A stretch of 64,000 nt of DNA from Eledone cirrhosa (GCA_964016885.1 OZ024743.1:7936001-8000000), one strand, 5' to 3'; shown: positions 1-13,575, counted from the stretch's first letter. Notes: generated by a model not told the origin, from the letters alone. Numbers and translations are program-made.

Positions 1-1140
1 CACCATCACCATCATCATCAACACCTCCACCATCACCATCATCATCAACACCACCACCATCACCATCATCATCAACACCTCCACCATCACCATCATCAGC
101 AACACCTCCACCATAACCATCATCATCAACACCATCAACATCACCATCATCATCAACACCACCACCATCACCATCATCATCAACACCATCAACATCACCA
201 TCATCATCAACACCACCACCATCACCATCATCATCAACACCTCCACCATCACCATCATCAGCAACACCTCCACCATAACCATCATCATCAACACCATCAA
301 CATCACCATCATCATCAACACCTCCACCATCATCATCATCATCAACACCTCCACCATAACCATCATCATCAACACCATCAACATCATCATCATCATCAAC
401 ACCACCACCATCACCATCATCATCAACACCACCACCATCACCATCATCATCAACACCACCACCATCACCATCATCATCAACACCTCCACCATCACCATCA
501 TCATCAACACCTCCACCATCACCATCATCATCAACACCATCAACATCATCATCATCATCAACACCTCCACCATCACCATCATCATCAACACCATCAACAT
601 CACCATCACCATCAACACCTCCACCATCGCCATCATCATCAACACCTCCACCACCGCCACCTCCACCATCACCATCATCATCATCAACACCTCCACCACC
701 GCCACCTCCACCATCACTATCATCATCAACACCACCACCATCACCATCATCATCAACACCTCCACCATCACCATCATCATCAACACCTCCACCATCACCA
801 TCATCATCAACACCATCAACATCATCATCATCATCAACACCTCCACCATAACCATCATCATCAACACCACCAACATCACCATCACCATCACCATCAACAC
901 CTCCACCATCGCCATCATCATCAACACCTCCACCACCGCCACCTCCACCATCACCATCAACACCTCCACCACCGCCACCTCCACCATCACCATCATTATC
1001 AACACCTCCACCACCGCCACCTCCACCATCACCATCTTCATCAACACCTCCACCACCGCCACCGCCACCTCCACCATCACCATCAACACCACCACCATCA
1101 CCATCAGCACCATCTCCATCAACATCATTATTATCATCAT
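1..1140. repeat. CAT/CAC triplet-based minisatellite (~27-bp unit CACCATCACCATCATCATCAACACCTC)
   Basis: Tandem degenerate units visible directly; runs off the window start. Confidence 0.95.
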
Positions 1141-1499
1141 ATCTCGGTGCCAGAAGCCGTTGGTGCTACCTGGTAATGTTAGTATTCCTTTAACGACACT
1201 GCAGTATGATCTTTCTCTCGGTCTCCCATGTACCTATCATAATAAACCAGGTCTGTCTGTAACCATTCCAAACATACAGCCACTATTTTGTTATACTTCT
1301 AGCTGTGTGTGTGTTTGTTTCACTGAAACAGACCACACAAACGATTTATTTCACTTGGTAGGGATATCTATAGAATATAGAGCGGAAATGAAACTCTCAA
1401 AATGTTCTAAAATGTTCTAAAATGTAACTATAATCCCACATATTAAGTATCTACTCTACCTAGGAATTCTTGTTTAAATCTTTTTCTTTAGTACCACCG

Positions 1500-1868
1500 T
1501 ATTCGTAGACACACTTACAAGCAGAATACTAAGTAGTGCACTGGAATGAAAAGCAAAGCATAGATGAACTGAGAGAGGGGGTGGATAAAAGAGGAACTAG
1601 ATGTAGTGAGCCAGTTTGAAGGCTGCGCTAGTAAGGCCACATAATGCATATAGACGATAAGTGTTGGATGACGAAGTCCTAAGAAATCCCGGTGGAAGGG
1701 GACTGCAGTAGTAGGATACAAGGAAGATCAGGGCAGAGGTTGTCACAGCTGATCTCAAGCCCCCGAATCTCACAGAAGAGATGACGAAGGATCGAGATGA
1801 TTGGAGAGATACTGTGCTAAAAAAAACCCGTCCAACCCATGCAAGCACGGAAGCGGTGATGATGACGA
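1500..1868 (+). mobile_element. Decayed 3' fragment of an RTE-clade LINE
   Basis: Translates in part to ADLKPPNLTEEMTKDRDDWRDTVLKK, followed by CCCGTCCAACCCATGCAAGCACGGAA and a short (GAT)n tail typical of RTE 3' ends. Confidence 0.6.
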
Positions 1869-2067
1869 TTGTATCTCGTTTTGCCTTGTTTTTGTTCGTT
1901 ATCTTGTCTTCTTTTTGTTAATTTTTCTAAGTTTATTATTTCTAATCTGTGACGTACGTGTTCTCTCTTCTTTTCCCAATAATTTCAATAATTTACATTT
2001 AACACGATATCTTATTTCCTTCCCTTTTCCTTTATTTATATCTATATCTATATCCATATATCAATAG

Positions 2068-2069
2068 AT

Positions 2070-2147
<78 letters not shown>

Positions 2148-2163
2148 GTCTATCTATCTATCC
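2068..2163. repeat. (TATC)n microsatellite
   Basis: Direct; abuts the 5' end of the Tx1 element. Confidence 0.97.
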
Positions 2164-2371
2164 ATCTCGAAGAAGATAGACGTGTTTTTGTTTCGCTCCT
2201 GCATTTTGTCGGAATTTATTACGAGAAGCGGCAGGTTTGTTTAAGCTACTTGTTATTTGTTCTGTTTAACCCCTCACCTGGGACTGCAGACGTTGGGTAA
2301 AATAAATTTCGCCCCTTTTTGGGGCGAAATTTGATAGTTATAAGTTATCGATAAAAAGTCGTTTAGTGACA

Positions 2372-4268
2372 ATGGACGCCATTAACACGACGCATGCCAC
2401 GCCCCCCAAGGAAAGTGATAGAGAGAAGGTAGCAGCACAACGCTGTAAGCCTTCCCTCCTCACTCCCGCAAAAGACACCACGGAATCAAAAGAAAAAATT
2501 ATGGAAATGGGTGAAAACCCCAAAAGAAACAATTACATAAACAAGAACAACAATGACAATAACAACACAACCAACAACAGCAACAATGACAATAACAACA
2601 CAACCAACAACAGCAATAATGACAACACCAACAAAGGAAAAAAGCAAGCCAACACGAATAACAACAACAACAATGATAACAACACGAAAGAAAACGGACC
2701 CACAGCGGCAGTCGCCTTCGCACAGGCGGTCCGAGAAACGCGGATATACAAGGCACTAGACATCTCGAATGCCAAGAAATTGCTGAAAGAAGCAAGGAAT
2801 TGTGTAAGTTTCGGGGAAGGTGGGGAATTCACAATTACCTCCCCCGAAGAAATTAGAAGGGACACAGTCCTCAGGACCGTAATTTTTAGGACAGTTTCGA
2901 ACGCGACTAGGAAACCGGCTCAATTGTCCCAAAGCGAAATTGAGCTGGTCCTAAGTAGTGCCTGGAAGGATATCGCTTTCATACAGAAAGGGAAACTGTA
3001 TGGAAGTATATCTGTTTTAATGCAAGATGAATTGGCGGCACGGAAATATTCTGTGTCGCCAATTGTATCCAAAGCATACACCTTTTTCTCCACATATTTG
3101 GGGTAAATAACTAAGATAAGAATTTCGGGCATCAGGCCAAATGTGAGCATTTGGTGGGTGCTAACGGGATTCTTAGAAGATGAGGACACAATCCTTTCGA
3201 TAGGCGAATCCACCGGGGTTGTATTCGGCGGCAATAGCCTTGAAGTTCTGGTCCAAATGAGACCAGAACGGATAGCAAGAATACCGCAGCGTGTGTCCCT
3301 GGATGAAGTCGCCTTCATAAACATTTCTGTTGAGGGCAGGCGGCCTTCATGCTACCACTGTTCAAGAAGTGGTCACCTGAGGGCTTCCTGTCCCCTTTTA
3401 AATGCGCCCCCCCCCCCAAAAAAAAGACGCTTCTGCCCTCCACACACACAACAACACCACCACCACCACCACCACCACCACCACCACCACCACCACCACC
3501 ACCACCACCACCACCACCACCACCACAACAACAACAACAACCACAACAACACGAAAAAATAACAACACAAGACACTGTTCCACCCAACCCCTCCCCACCT
3601 AAAACAAATAAAAAAGCAACCACAACAAAACCCCAAAATATACCCCTCCCCAACAACACGGACGAGGACCCCTTATCAACGTCACCCAGTGACGACGAGG
3701 GAGAACCCTTTCAACCGGTAAAAAGAAAGAAAAGAAGGCACCACATCAACAAAAATACAACAAACACACAGCCTCCAGCACAAACATCACAAACATCACA
3801 AACAAAAAAAACCCACCCCTCCCGAAACATAACACATACTACAAAACGCAAACACACACAAGAACAACAAACAAAAACAAACACAACAAAAACAGTATAC
3901 ATACATCAACACAAACAACAAAACACTTGTGCAAACAATAGACAAAGGGAAAATGGAAACCGAAGGGAAAATGTTCACCAACGCGGCGACTAAACCGCAT
4001 TTAAAATGGATTAGGGTCCCAAGGGACTTACGCAATGCTCAAACAGAACTTTCCCGAGGATGTGGGGAACCCCTCTACTAGACCTAGCAACCGCGTCCTC
4101 TTGAAATATTTCCCCACCACCACTCCAGACATCCCTCTCCCACCAAACACACCCACCCCACCACACACTGATGTCCCCACCACATCCAAAACCACCACCC
4201 CACCAAACAACCCCGCCGACACCCCCATGGAAATTGTGCAGCCTGGTCCCCAGGAGAAGGACAGGTAG
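2372..4268 (+). pseudogene. Tx1 ORF1 (gag-like), disrupted
   Basis: ORF pieces 2366-3106, 3143-3562, 3349-3993, 4035-4268; Asn-rich N-terminus, CYHCSRSGHLRASC knuckle, poly-Pro from (CCA)n; premature stop at 3106 and frameshifts. Confidence 0.85.
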
Positions 4269-4311
4269 GTGTCTTTTCCTTTTTCTCAACTCTAAACTCT
4301 TCACCACCAAC

Positions 4312-7288
4312 ATGGCTGTTATAAGAGTTGGATGTTTAAATGTGCGCGGCCTGGGGATGTCCTGGAAGCAGGGCAAACTCTTAAATGACCTCAGGTCACA
4401 CAGAATGGATGTGATAGCTATTTGCGAGTCCAGGATCAGCAGCGAGAAACAACTGGCCCCCATCTTCGACGACTTTGAGATCTATGCATCTCTCTGTCAG
4501 CCGGGGGTTGGGGGCGGGGTGGACATTCTGCTGCGAAAACACCTGGGCCTCGCAACACAGAAGGTACACCTGGACCCGGAGGGCCAACTGGTGGTTATAG
4601 ACGTCCGCAGTAGTGAAGGTGGAGCCTTCAGGCTGGTGGCAGCGTATGCCCCATCTGGGACACCGCGACCGGACTTCTTCCAGCGCCTAGAGGCTTTTCT
4701 GGGAATGTCTCGCTCCTTGCTTTTAGTGGGGGACTGGAATCGTATCCTGAATTCACGTTGGGACTATGTAGGGGTATCTCCCCATAGAGGGGGGTGTAAC
4801 AGCCTCAAACCTAGATATCGACTAGATTTTCCGGTTGTGCCACTGTGGACGTGGACTAATATTAGGGGTTTATCTAGGTTTAGTCGGGAATTAGCATCAG
4901 ATAGGAGTAGAACTGAAAGGGAATTGATAGATAGAGTAGAAGAGGCGATTAGGATGGCAACGTGGCCGGCGTGCTGGCGTCAAGAACGACCCTAGACCAG
5001 TTCTTTGACGCGAAGCACGAGGGCTGCGTTGTCAGGAGTAAATCACGTGCTCTGGGTAACGAGGGAGCCAAAGCTGTTAGCTGGGCCCGAGTGACAGAGG
5101 CAAAAAGTGGAAACAAGTCCACGATTCGGTCTTTGAAGGACCAGGATGGACGCGTGATCCTTGAAACTGAGCGGATGAGCGCAGCCTTTCAACGGCGCTT
5201 TGCACGTCTGTTCAAGAGGGGCGGCGGGCCGGGTGAGGCAATGGATATCGGTCCATACCTAGACGGTCTGCCGCGGCTATTGGACGGGGAGGCGAAGTCC
5301 TGGGAAAGGCCGATTTCAGCCGCTGAGATAGGGGAAGCGCTGAGCCAATGCGGCAAACGCAAATCTCCCGGACTCGATGGTCTACCTTATGAACTTTATG
5401 TAGCGATGCCGGACTTGTTCTCCAATCTCCTCGAGGCGGTCTACTGCAACTGGCAACAGAACGGGAGAATTCTCAGTTCTGTGACCAAGGGCGTGGTTAC
5501 GCTGGTGAGGAAGGACGAGAACAAGGGGGATGACATAGATAACTTCAGGCCCATAACCCTGCTAAACACAGAGTTAGCGAAGAGGTTGGCGCTTGTCGTC
5601 GGAAACCTGGTGGGAGAAGCGCAGACATGCGCAATCCCGTCCAGATTCATACACGACAACCTCCACCTCATGCGATACATCGTAGAGAGGGTAGGGAACG
5701 AACCCGGCTTTGGTGGGGCCCTGATCAACTTGGATCAATCTAAGGCGTTCGATAGGGTCGACCATCGGTACCTTGATGCGGTGCTCGCGGCGACAGGCTT
5801 CGGACCCGTTTTCAGGAGCTGGATTGCTGCAATGCACAGCAGAAACACCTGCTCGAGGGTCAAGGTGAACGGCTACCTCTCGGAGCCGTTACAAATCACG
5901 CGATCAATCCGACAGGGATGCCCTCTCTCCTCCCTTCTGTATGTGCTGGCTCTCGAGCCACTACTGCGGAAGTTGGAGCTGTTGCAGGGAATCCCCTTGG
6001 AACTGGGATTGCGGAAAGCGGTGTCGGCTTACGCCGATGACGTGACAGTTATGGTGTCGTGCGCCTCGGAAATCGGGCAGATCGGCACCTTACTGGAGGA
6101 ATACGAAAGATTTACAGGAGCCAAGCTGAACCGGGACAAGTCCGTCGGTTTGTAACTCCGAACGTGGAGAGGCAAATCGATGCCCACCGACGGACGCTGG
6201 ACGGAGGGACCAGTGAAGCTGCTCGGGGTCTGGTTCGGACCGGACCTCCAGGTGGAGAAAAACTGGGACGAGGTAACGGGCAGGGTGTTTACACTCGCCC
6301 AGAAGTTGGACGAGTGCAAACTATCCCTGAAAGGTCGAGCGGAGGTGGCGAACACTTATATAGCGTCCGTCATCTACTACCGCTTGACCGTCGTGCCTTG
6401 CCCAGCGAAAACGCTCGCCAAAATTGAGCGCGCGCTCTTCCAATTCCTTTGTAAGAAGCGGGCTCCTTTGGTGAGAAGATCCATCTGCTGTCAACACCCT
6501 TCGGCTGGGGATGCCGTGGCTGACGATGCGTAGACACGCATTAAGGCTACGGCACCTCCAGCTATTCCTCACCTGTCAGCCGGTGTGGGCCCCTTTTGTG
6601 AGGCGAGCCTTTCCGAGACTCGTCTCACTCCCCGAGCTGCAATCCTGGGTCAAACAAAGACCGAGAAAAGTGGGCGACTGGCACATTGAATGTGCCCAGG
6701 CGCTCACGGCCCTCTGGCAAACGGATCCGGCAATCAGTGGAGACTCAACCTCAACATTCTATAGAGGGTTAGTGTGCAGTAAGAGCGACGACACTCTTGG
6801 AGAGGCTCTGGGCATGGAGGAAGATGAGCTGGCCAGTCTGTTCGGTAGGATGTTTGGCCCGGGACCGATGGACAACTTCCAAAAGTCCCTGGCTTGGCAG
6901 TCCTACCGAGGAGCTCTACCCGTTCGGGACAAGCTCTACAGACACGGGCGCCCGGGTAGGGACCCCCCGAAGAAGATCTGTCCGAGATGCGTGCGTGACG
7001 AGGAAACCGTTGCGCACGCATTCGTACACTTCCCGGGCGTTGCTGACCTGTGTGGCTATGTGGAACGACTACTGTCGCGGGTGGGACCAATCCAGTTGAC
7101 CACCGAGTCCATTGTCATGATCAATCCGCCACCCTCCTTCAAAAACGAAGTAGAGGCGGTTCTCCTCTGTGTGATAGCTATGGCGAAAGAGGTTGTATGG
7201 TAGACGAGGTTGAAAGTGCTGAGGTCAGACACTTTTCTCTCCGGCCAACAACTGGTCCTTTTTTTCAAGTACCATTTTAGAAGAAGGT
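4312..7288 (+). pseudogene. Tx1 ORF2 (AP endonuclease-reverse transcriptase), disrupted
   Basis: LNVRGL, ICES, VGDWN (APE); KSPGLDG, FRPITLLN, DQSKAFDRV, RQGCPLS, AYADD (RT); CPRC..ETVAH; internal deletions, stops, frameshifts. Confidence 0.93.
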
Positions 7289-7872
<584 letters not shown>

Positions 7873-8134
7873 GGTGCTATTATCAAAAGCACTCGACGTT
7901 ATGTGTATCCTTCACCATAGATATGGTATCTTGCGGTTGGTATAGAGCGAGGGTTAAATATGAGAATGCCAGATTCCAATAATTTACATTATTGTTGCAT
8001 TATTACATAATACGTATTTCTGTGGCCGATTTACATCATCATACCATGAGGTGGCGCCATCAGTTAGATTTCTCAAATAGATTTAGTTACGTAAGCCTTA
8101 CTGGAGCATAGTAAAAAATGATATAAAAAACCAA

Positions 8135-8184
<50 letters not shown>

Positions 8185-8203
8185 ACATACACACACACGA
8201 ACG

Positions 8204-8264
<61 letters not shown>

Positions 8265-8491
8265 GGAGAGAGAGAGAGAGATTTTGTAATTAAGTACAAC
8301 AGGGTTTGAATGTCTCAGAGAACTATGCCAAATAAGAGGTCTGTGCTGTTTGTGTCAGCTCCTGCCAAATCAGGTACTACTTCAGAATTTGTTTACTTTG
8401 TTGCAGAATACTAATTACTAGGCCTCAATGTGAAGAGGCAGTATTGTGTGAAAACTATGGGAAAAGTACGTTTCGTGCCAAATGCATGCAC

Positions 8492-8559
<68 letters not shown>

Positions 8560-8604
8560 AAACCGATTATATTAATATCATGATATTATTATATTATTAT
8601 TATT

Positions 8605-9304
8605 GTTCTTTGAGTCTCAGTCATTGATGTTAGTTAACTGGAAAGTTTGTTGAAATGAATATCAAGCCACTACCTGCAGCCTCAGATATTCAGGACGTAT
8701 CGGAGGGTTCTTGCTGTTCCCAGCAAGCATGCCTTTTGAAGCGTTCCAAAAAGCGTGGCGGGGCCAATTTTCTTTAACCATCCCTGGAAACTTTTTGAGA
8801 TAGTACCTAGTGCGCCTATGACAATCGGGATCACTTTGACTTCATGGCAGTTCCAAATCCTTTTTACCTCCCACTTTAAGTCCTGGTATCGGCTAATTTT
8901 CTCCCTCTCCTTCTCTTGCATTCTCGTGTTAAATGGGCAGGCTACATCTACAATCAGGCACGATCTTTTCTCCTTGTCCAAAACCACCAGGTCAGGCCTA
9001 TTGTGTTCTAATTTCTTGTCCGTCTGTATCCTAAAATCACATAGCACCTTCACCTGATCGTTTTCTATCACCGACTCTGGCTTATGCCCATACCACGTCT
9101 CAGAATGTGGTAAATTGTTTAGTTTGCATAGATGCCAGTGGATCACCCTGCCTATCACATCATGTCTCCAGCCTTTATAGTGAGTCTGGGCTAGGCGTTT
9201 ACACTCCTACACAGTGAGCTAGCCTCCTCCTTGTCAATATGGTGTTTCACCCACTTCGTTCTGAGGGCTTGCTCTTGCGCAGCCATTAGCATTCCTTCTG
9301 TAGC

Positions 9305-9309
<5 letters not shown>
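8605..9309 (-). mobile_element. Dong/R4-like RLE LINE family A, 3' fragment
   Basis: ORF 8682-9158 with RPDLVVLD..LIVDVACP..EKISRYQDL; matches 48740-49490; ATT repeats on both flanks. Confidence 0.92.
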
Positions 9310-9365
<56 letters not shown>

Positions 9366-9388
9366 CACGAATACATATGCATACACAC

Positions 9389-9426
<38 letters not shown>

Positions 9427-9440
9427 GTGTGTGTTTGTGA

Positions 9441-9476
<36 letters not shown>

Positions 9477-10045
9477 GTATAAATGTGTGCGCGTGGGTAT
9501 GTGTATGTGTGTGTATACGTGTGTGTGTGTATGTGCGTACATGTGTGCGTGTGTATGTAATTATGTATGTATGTTTCAATACACACTTCAAGAATAGAGA
9601 AAAGACGTTCTAAGTAGATAGCAGAACATTTTTTAAATGGTGAAATACTTTTCATAAGTACTGGATTATTTATCATCTTGATAACTCTATTGTGCACATT
9701 CATTTTAATGTTATCAACTTATTATAATCTATAATCTAAATACTTATGTAGGGTCCTAGCATTTTTTTGCTACCGCTTCGTAACATTCTCCATCGTTTAT
9801 ACTCACTTAACCAACTGGTATGTTGACTAAGCAAACATTCATCAACTAACTATATTTAGAAACGATGTTTCTTTGAAAGTTCAAAAGTCAAACACCAGCG
9901 CAAAAGATTACCGAATACTTAATGAAATTGTCTGTACTCCGCAGTCGTCTGGTGACACCTGGAATATGAAGAAACAATTTTCTAAATACAGAACAAGCGT
10001 TAAAATTGAAAATAGATGTACGACCTTATATATATACACACACAC

Positions 10046-10109
<64 letters not shown>

Positions 10110-10309
10110 ATGTTCAAGACACCGACAGCAGAGCTCGAGCCGTTTCGACACCTATTTCTGGACTCACTATTTCCTATTACCCACTCTACTACTCTGCGTT
10201 ATGGTCCACCTGGTTCCTTACCACACTTCCTTCGTTATATATATATATATATATATACACTTTTACCTGTTCCAGCCATCCGGGTGAGGCCATGCTGGGG
10301 CACCACCCT

Positions 10310-10700
10310 TGTTGCTACACATTCTATCTCCAGCCTGTATTTGTTGGCCACTGGTGCAAGAGGGAGTTTGTTGCTGCTGCCCTTAAGTTTCCCTCGTCCC
10401 TTGCTGTGGGTTCATCCGGGATCCTGGATAGCAAGGTATCGAGATGTTTCTTGAAAACATCCACGTCCACACCATGCAGATCTCTCAAATCCCTTGGCAG
10501 CTTGTTGAAGAGTTGAGGGCCTTGAACCCCAGGCTATTGCAATATCTGCTCCTTATTCTAGACGTGGAAGACGGGAACTTTGGCACCACATAGTGATGTC
10601 CTTTTCGGGTTGGTCCTGTTCCCAATGCCAAAGTTTGGTGCTAGTCCTTCCAGGATTTTCCATATGTATATCACTGCGTATCTCTCCCGTCTTCTTCCAA
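10310..10700 (-). mobile_element. CR1-clade LINE 3' fragment
   Basis: Minus strand reads RRRERYAVIYIWKILEGLAPN and QLFNKLPRDLRDLHGVDVDVFKKHLDTLLSRIPDEP. Confidence 0.8.
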
Positions 10701-11400
10701 GTATATATATATATATATTGTTTCCATTATTATCTTCATAATAAAGGAAGTATTTAAATTAAAAAGTCATTTTTGTTTTTATTAGTTCATTTAGTATAAG
10801 GAATATATGATTATTATGCAACATCTTATATTAAAAGGATTCAGCTCGTTATGTACATATATAAATGATAAATATGTGAACAGTTTTTCCTCTGATTATA
10901 TGTAAATGTGAAACTTGATAAATGTTGGAATAATATCATTTTCAAAGTAATTTCCAAACTATTTTCTTATCAAATGTTGACTGTTCCTAGTTATTCTTTT
11001 CTGGCTTATACATGATAAGAAATTCATATGCTGAAATAATATATTGTTATTGTTTTAAAGTCTTCTAACATACAGGTAAGTTTGAATATTTCCTTTTAAC
11101 TCCAATAATTTCAACACTCAGTCTTATGTGCCGCGATCAGGCTTTATTGACCACTGTGCTTATAATTACATAACATCGCCCCTTTTCAATGGTTTAAGGT
11201 TTATTGAACTGAAAAAGTTGAAAGAGTTATGGAGTTGTAATTTGAAAGTATAATATCATAAGTTAGTAAACGAAGTAAATTCAGAAAATGTATTTTTTAA
11301 TCATTCAAAAATCATTGCAGTAAATAAGGAATACTAAGTCTTTTCGTTTTCTATATTGTTGAACATTTGGTATACTTTAATGGATACAATACGAAATCTC

Positions 11401-11612
11401 TGGATTGGCAGAATCGGTAGAGCGCCGGACACCATGCTTTGCAGCATAGAGTTACGGCCCTTTATGGTCTGAGTTCAAATCTCGTCGAGGTTAACTTTGC
11501 CTTTCATCCTTACGGGGTCGATAAAATAAAGCACCAGTCACGCACTGGGGTCGATTTAATCGACTTTCCTCTCTCCCAAAATTGCTGGCCTTGTGCCTAT
11601 AGTAGAAACCAC
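11401..11612 (+). mobile_element. tRNA-derived SINE (main family)
   Basis: A-box-like TGGCAGAATCGG, B-box GAGTTCAAATC, core CCTTTCATCCTTACGGGGTCGATAAAATAAAG; many copies in window. Confidence 0.9.
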
Positions 11613-12549
11613 AAAAGGAAGCACTCAACACCTTTATTATGTTTCATAAGTTTTAACATTGAGAGTACGAGCTTAAAATTATATTTTACAATTCAAAATC
11701 CATTCAGTAATTGTGAATAGGAAGAGAAAAACTTAGAATAAGGCTTATATATGTCAATATATCTATGGTTACACACACATACGATCACACAGTACACACA
11801 CGCATACGCTCATATACACAGACATACACACTAATACACACACGCATACACACACGCACACACACATATAGACAGACATACACACACACACATACACATG
11901 TACACACACATATTTGCTGTAGATGAAACATTAATTATAAATATATTTCTCAATAGTATGTTTGCTAAGATACTGAATACATTAGGTTGGTAATAAAAAC
12001 TGGACCTCGAGAATGTGTGACTTTATGAAACCACTGAGAAGAATTGGAAATATTCATTGTGTTCAGCTGGCGAACTCTGACATTGCCACTGATAGTTCAC
12101 GTCAATTGTGAGTATTTATCAAAAGTAAACAAATCTCTTTGTACTGATTATATACCTAAGTCAATCCCGTATTTGGGATAAAACCAGAATAACCTGTGCA
12201 AAGTTAACTGACAGTCAACTCGATGTATGTCAGCTAACATTGCACAGTTTCTTAAAACACCAATAAGAAAAGCTGATAATGAAAGAATATACATGTTAAA
12301 ATCAAACTGCTATTAATTTTACTACATCATATTCTTATTCCCTTAATCCATCATTACCATTAGCAACAACATTGCTATTTATACCTCCAATTTTCTCTCC
12401 CTCCTCCAAGTTCCGTCGGCTGCAGCTACACCAGTTAAGTCCTTCGATGTCAGTATGTGGACAACTAACTCAGTGGATATCAGTTTTCTCATGTGCTTGT
12501 ATCTCTTGCACCCCTTTAAGACTTCACAGATTCACAGATATTGGTGACG

Positions 12550-13030
12550 TTTAAACGTTGATAGTGGCCTATTGACACTACATGACTGCAATCCACAAGC
12601 AACAGACCAATTTATAAAACAATTGTATTCGTTCTTCAAGATTCCTGGATTACAAATCATCTTAGACCTGAGAAATACCTTACATTTTTCCGCCCTACAA
12701 ACGAAATTAGTCCCTAAACAACAGTCATCTAAACTCATGCCACCATAAGAAACTCGTAATGAAATCCATTAGGAAAATATCTCCTATAAACCCACACCTA
12801 TCCCCTAATTAACAAATGTTTAAGGACTGTTTCTAATACTATAGTTATACAGTTTCTATAAGTGGCTTTAAGTATATGATCGCATAATAGAACCTAAAAT
12901 AAGAATAGACAAAAGAAATCTTCTCGTATAACAAACACCTACAACATAGCAGTTGCAATCCTAGTAGCTAGAAACCTCTCCAAATTTTTCAAAAACATTG
13001 TATCTCACATTCCCAACTCTGTAAGAAAAC
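12550..13030 (+). mobile_element. Penelope-like element reverse transcriptase relic
   Basis: VDSGLLTLHDCNPQATDQFIKQLYSFFKIPGLQII resembles the PLE RT (YRDDGL..FK..GL.I) region; heavily decayed downstream. Confidence 0.55.
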
Positions 13031-13182
13031 ACTTTTAAAATCTAATCAACCATGCAGAACATTGGACAGAGCCTAGTCAACTTTAAATTTGGCGGAACCC
13101 ATCCTATCTCCATGTTAGAAGATCTATATTTTAAAAAATGATATATATAAGCTGAATATAGAACTTGAATCATTGAGTTAAT

Positions 13183-13388
13183 GGAACTCCGTCAGTTCCG
13201 GCAGCGAGTATTTGTTTGATCAACGTAGCAGCCTGACCACGAAATTAACGTGCAATTGGTTGAACATTCCACAGGGAGATTCAGTGTTATAGAGCATATG
13301 ACAAGGGCGGCCCTTTGAATCACAGTTACAACTTATTCTTGCTAGCTGAATGAGCAACGTGAAATGACGTTACTTGTTCAAGGACATA
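13183..13388 (-). mobile_element. Second SINE-like family fragment
   Basis: GAAATTAACGTGCAA...GACAAGG..GGCCCTTTGAAT...CTTGTTCAAGGACA resembles a recalled cephalopod SINE; related sequence near 31420-31450. Confidence 0.5.
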
Positions 13389-13394
13389 TTGATA

Positions 13395-13575
13395 TAATAT
13401 AGGCACAAGGCCAGCAATTTTGGGGAGTGGGGACGGGAAAGTCGATTAATCTACCCCAGTGCGTTATTGGTACTTTATTTTATCGACCCCGTAAGGATGA
13501 AAGGTAAAGCTAAACCTCGGCGGAATTTGAATGCATATTGTCCGATGCTCTACCGACTCTGCCAATCTACCGCGC
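13395..13575 (-). mobile_element. tRNA-derived SINE (main family)
   Basis: Reverse complement of family consensus, internal deletion. Confidence 0.88.

Larger units (their letters stand above)
2165..7288 (+). mobile_element. Tx1/L1-clade LINE, family A copy 1 (decayed, 3' end missing)
   Basis: 5'UTR, ORF1 with zinc knuckle, ORF2 with APE, RT and C-terminal Cys-rich region; collinear with the copy at 16080-21753. Confidence 0.92.

Noticed and set aside
2295-2335. Hairpin resembling a bacterial intrinsic terminator
   Set aside because: Eukaryotic context, inside a LINE 5'UTR; treated as an RNA structure instead
3315-3659. Poly-His, poly-Gly, poly-Trp, poly-Val ORFs
   Set aside because: Alternative frames of the (CCA)n tract inside Tx1 ORF1
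11401-11490. tRNA gene
   Set aside because: A/B boxes belong to a SINE head; no full cloverleaf
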